Shown here one piece after another: positions 60,961 to 64,000 of a stretch of DNA of 64,000 bases. Origin of the DNA: Lama glama (Eukaryota); the NCBI GenBank assembly GCA_028534125.1, contig CM052818.1:48982001-49046000 (forward strand), read 5' to 3'. Below the pieces are notes generated by a model. It made no database searches. It was not told the origin of the DNA and saw nothing but the letters and a program-made list of their open reading frames with translations. Numbering within the stretch: the first letter of the stretch is position 1; the number at the start of each line of letters is the position of its first letter. The translations under genes and the position numbers were made by a program.

Positions 60961-62369
60961 ATATTTTAAAATATCAGAAAGCATGTGGTCCAAAGAGATG
61001 ACATCATGGAGAATTTTATAGGATCCACAGGAGCTTCACTGCTTCTTGGGAGAAGAACTCCAGCAATGAGAACTCCTGAGAAAGCCACGAGTGTGTGAAA
61101 TTACACGGCATGGTCCGCTGACCAACAGCATTTAAGTAAAACAGGAACGTCCACTGACGGGCTGAGGATGGCAGGGGAAGGAGTCGGATCATTAACAGAC
61201 AGAGAAGCAGAGCCATAAAATGGAAGGGGAGACATTCAGTGGGGCTGGAGTCCTGGCCGGCCTGGCACACTTTATTTGCATCTCTTCGGGCCAGTGCCTT
61301 CACCTCCCTCAGCCTCAAGTTTATCACTTGGGAAATGGAGTAGGACATACTTACCGCTCAGCGTCAGCGTGACCAAAGGGCAGCATGTGTGAGAACTGGG
61401 TTTCAGACTCCACAGCAACAGGTGTGTGCTAGTTTCTATCACCATCATGGTCGGCTGGGTGCCGTGCACACACATAAAACTCTGCATCCGGAAATGGCTC
61501 CTGATGTTAGCTGGTATCTTAACTTCATGTCGGTTTCTTTGTTGTTGTTCTTAAATCACGTAGATGTCACTTCTGAATGCACTTCGGTGAATTATAACCA
61601 TGAAACTGGAATAACTAAATAATTTTACTTTTTTTCCTTCACTACATACCAAGCACAGAAGTACGTCATATAACTGAGCCTGTTCTGGGATTGAAAAACA
61701 AATTTACTACAAATCAAACTTCTCCATTGCTCCCTGAAAAGGGTTAATTTAATATTTAATAACTTTATTAAAAAACAAATTATAATTAATTTATAAAACT
61801 GTTCATATTGGATTTTCACATTATATATTCTTCTTGTTACAAAAGGTTATGGGGAACATATAGAAAACAATTGAAGGGAAAATTAAGGAGAAAATTAAAT
61901 ACCTTTACCATTGACTTTTATTATTTTTACACTAAACTGCCTTGTAACCCTTTATGACGCATACGCTTGTGTGGGTGTGGATGAGGGCAGCCTTGGTTTG
62001 GTCACGGCTCAGGGACCCCGGTCAGTGCTGGCACCCCGCGCTGGTGGCTGCCAGAAGGCCGATCTCTAGTTTCCCAGCAGAGCCATCTCTGGCTCATTTA
62101 CAGCCCCATTAATTCAACCTCCCCTATTCTTTTCACGAGTCATATAATCATGATAATGAACCGGGAAGTGGCTGTTTGAGAAATGCACACTAGACAGAAC
62201 CGATTTGCCGCACTCTGTTACATGAAAGGGTGAAAATAAAAACAAAGTTGCCCACGATGGCACGAAGCCCTCTGAAGGATTTAGGAGAGCGGACGGTCAC
62301 ACAGCAGACTTACCACCAGCGGTCTCCACGCAGACCACCAGATGACTCTGAAAACTGTGGTCCATTGCT

Positions 62370-63318
62370 CTGCATCCATTCTGTAGTGGGGGGACTTGTG
62401 AGCTTTTTCCAGATTCACATTATTTTAAAAAATCCAACTATGAAAATTCTTGAATGTGTATCCTGATGCACAGGAGTTAAGAGTTTCTGTCGGGTCTGCA
62501 TCTGGGAAGAGAACTGCTCATCACAGGTCCACACATACTCACATTTTACTGGATAACCACAAAAGGCTGTCCTGAGTGTGTGCACACCGCAGAGTGCGTA
62601 GGAGTCCCCACTGCTCCGCGAACCTCAGCACTCAGCGTTCCACACTTTTCAGTGTGTTCCAGGCATGGTGTCTGACATTTTAAATTTGAATTTCCATTCT
62701 TATAAGAAGGCTGATTACCTGTCATTCATGTAATGGGATACAGGCTTCTTATTTTTTTAATCCGCTGGCCTATGTGTTGCAAACGTTTCTTCCCACTCTG
62801 TGTCTTGTCTTTTTATTTTCCTTATGGTGATTTGGAAAGAAAGGAAATTTTCATTTTGATGAAGTAAATCTCGTCAACTATTTACTTTAAACTTGATGAT
62901 TTTTAAAATTGTTTTGAAAAACGACTTTCACTGAAGTCATGGTATTATTTTATTGGAGTCAATTTTTTTAATGTTTTATTTTGTCTTATTTATTTTATTT
63001 TGGGAGGAGAGGGAGGGAGGTAGCTAGATTTGTTTATTTATTTATTTTTAGAGGAGGTCCTGGGAATTGAACCCGGCACCTCGTGCATGCTGAGCATGTG
63101 CTCTGCCCACTTGAGCTGTACCTTTCCCCTCAGGATATTATTTTACAGTCTAATTTAATTCAGTTTTTGCCTTTGCTATCTACATTTTTAATCTATAAGG
63201 GTTGGATATTTGTATATAGTGTAAAACTGGGGTTTAATCTCATTACTTTTCTTCTGGAGATCCAATCGTTCCCACAACACTTATTGAAAATACACTCCTG
63301 TCCTCTCTGATCTGAAAT
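62370..63318 (-). mobile_element. Ancient L1 3' portion (hosts a SINE)
   Basis: 'tatgtgttgcaaacgtttcttcccactctgtg', 'atccaatcgttcccacaacacttattgaaaa'. Confidence 0.75.
62953..63130 (-). mobile_element. tRNA-Ala-derived SINE (Vic-1-like)
   Basis: Reverse complement aggggaaaggtacagctcaagtgggcagagcacatgctcagcatgcacgaggtgccgggttcaattcccag plus ctagctacctccc tail; imperfect TSD ending tattatttta on both sides. Confidence 0.9.
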
Positions 63319-64000
63319 GAGACAAATAACAACTGCCAGGAATAATGCAGTTGGGATTCAAAAGATTAAAAGAGTCGAATGTTTATAACTGTATGTGAGT
63401 CAGCTTGAATATTTATATCAAATGGAAAATTTCCTAGATAACTTAACAAAACTAGCCCAAGATAAAACAGGGAAACCTAAATAATCCTGAATCCAGTAAC
63501 ATCACTGGATCTGCAGTAAAGTCTTCTCGCAAAGAAGATACCGAGCCCAAAGGCTTCGCCAACCATTTTGCCAATTTTTTAATAACTAATTTAAAAACTT
63601 TCAAACTTGCATAGAAGATGGAGAGTGAGGAAGCAAACACTGACTCATTTTGTAAGGTTATCATGGCCATGTTAATGAAAGAAAAATAACAGACAAGGAC
63701 ACAGTGATGAAGGGATGTTACAGACAAATGTCGCCAGTGTTGACACAGATGGAAAAATCTAAACAGAATATAGACAAGCAAATCCAAAAATATTTAATAT
63801 GACCCAGTTACAGCCCTCACCGTCCAGAAGTAAAAAACTTAATTTAACTGTAGAAAATCGATAAATGTAGTGAAACATACTAAAAGATTACAAGTCACAG
63901 AATACAAGAAAATATTTGCAACAGATACAGACAACAGAGAACTAATGCTAGACTATAGAAAAACCACAATATATTAACTTAAAAAAGAAAAAATTAAAAT
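63319..64000 (+). mobile_element. Ancient L1 ORF2 fragments
   Basis: 'aaatggaaaatttcctag', 'aacactgactcattttgtaagg', 'aagaaaatatttgcaacagatacagac'. Confidence 0.75.

Noticed and set aside
62370..64000. Twin-priming inverted L1
   Set aside because: The plus and minus parts both contain the same ORF2 segment (the aaaatatttgcaa region), which fits two independent insertions better.

Overview
This 64 kb window is mammalian (eutherian) nuclear DNA, most likely from a camelid (alpaca/llama/camel). Three copies of a tRNA-Ala(AGC)-derived SINE with the Vic-1-type 'ctaattacctccccc' tail are present, along with cetartiodactyl-type L1 3' ends. I saw no Alu, Bov-A or PRE-1 copies. I cannot support any protein-coding gene: the only ORFs with recognisable homology are L1 ORF1/ORF2 and ERVL pol/dUTPase remnants. 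The window reads as intergenic or deep-intronic sequence made of old and young transposon debris (L1, L2, MIR, MaLR/ERVL, ERV1 LTRs, MER5), microsatellites, several CpG-rich patches and repeat-free blocks dense in homeodomain motifs (candidate developmental enhancers). The most notable items are: (1) a CpG island at about 19.5-20.5 kb with a compact, consensus-grade splice architecture (two 54-nt candidate exons and a strong-Kozak ATG); (2) a solo ERV LTR carrying a higher-order array of seven CCAAT boxes with intact TATA and octamer; (3) HOX/PBX motif clusters; and (4) CpG enrichment and internal collapse of ancient elements, suggestive of a high-recombination domain. No novel biological system is demonstrated. 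Repeat family names come from recalled consensus similarity, not from a database search, and most boundaries are approximate.
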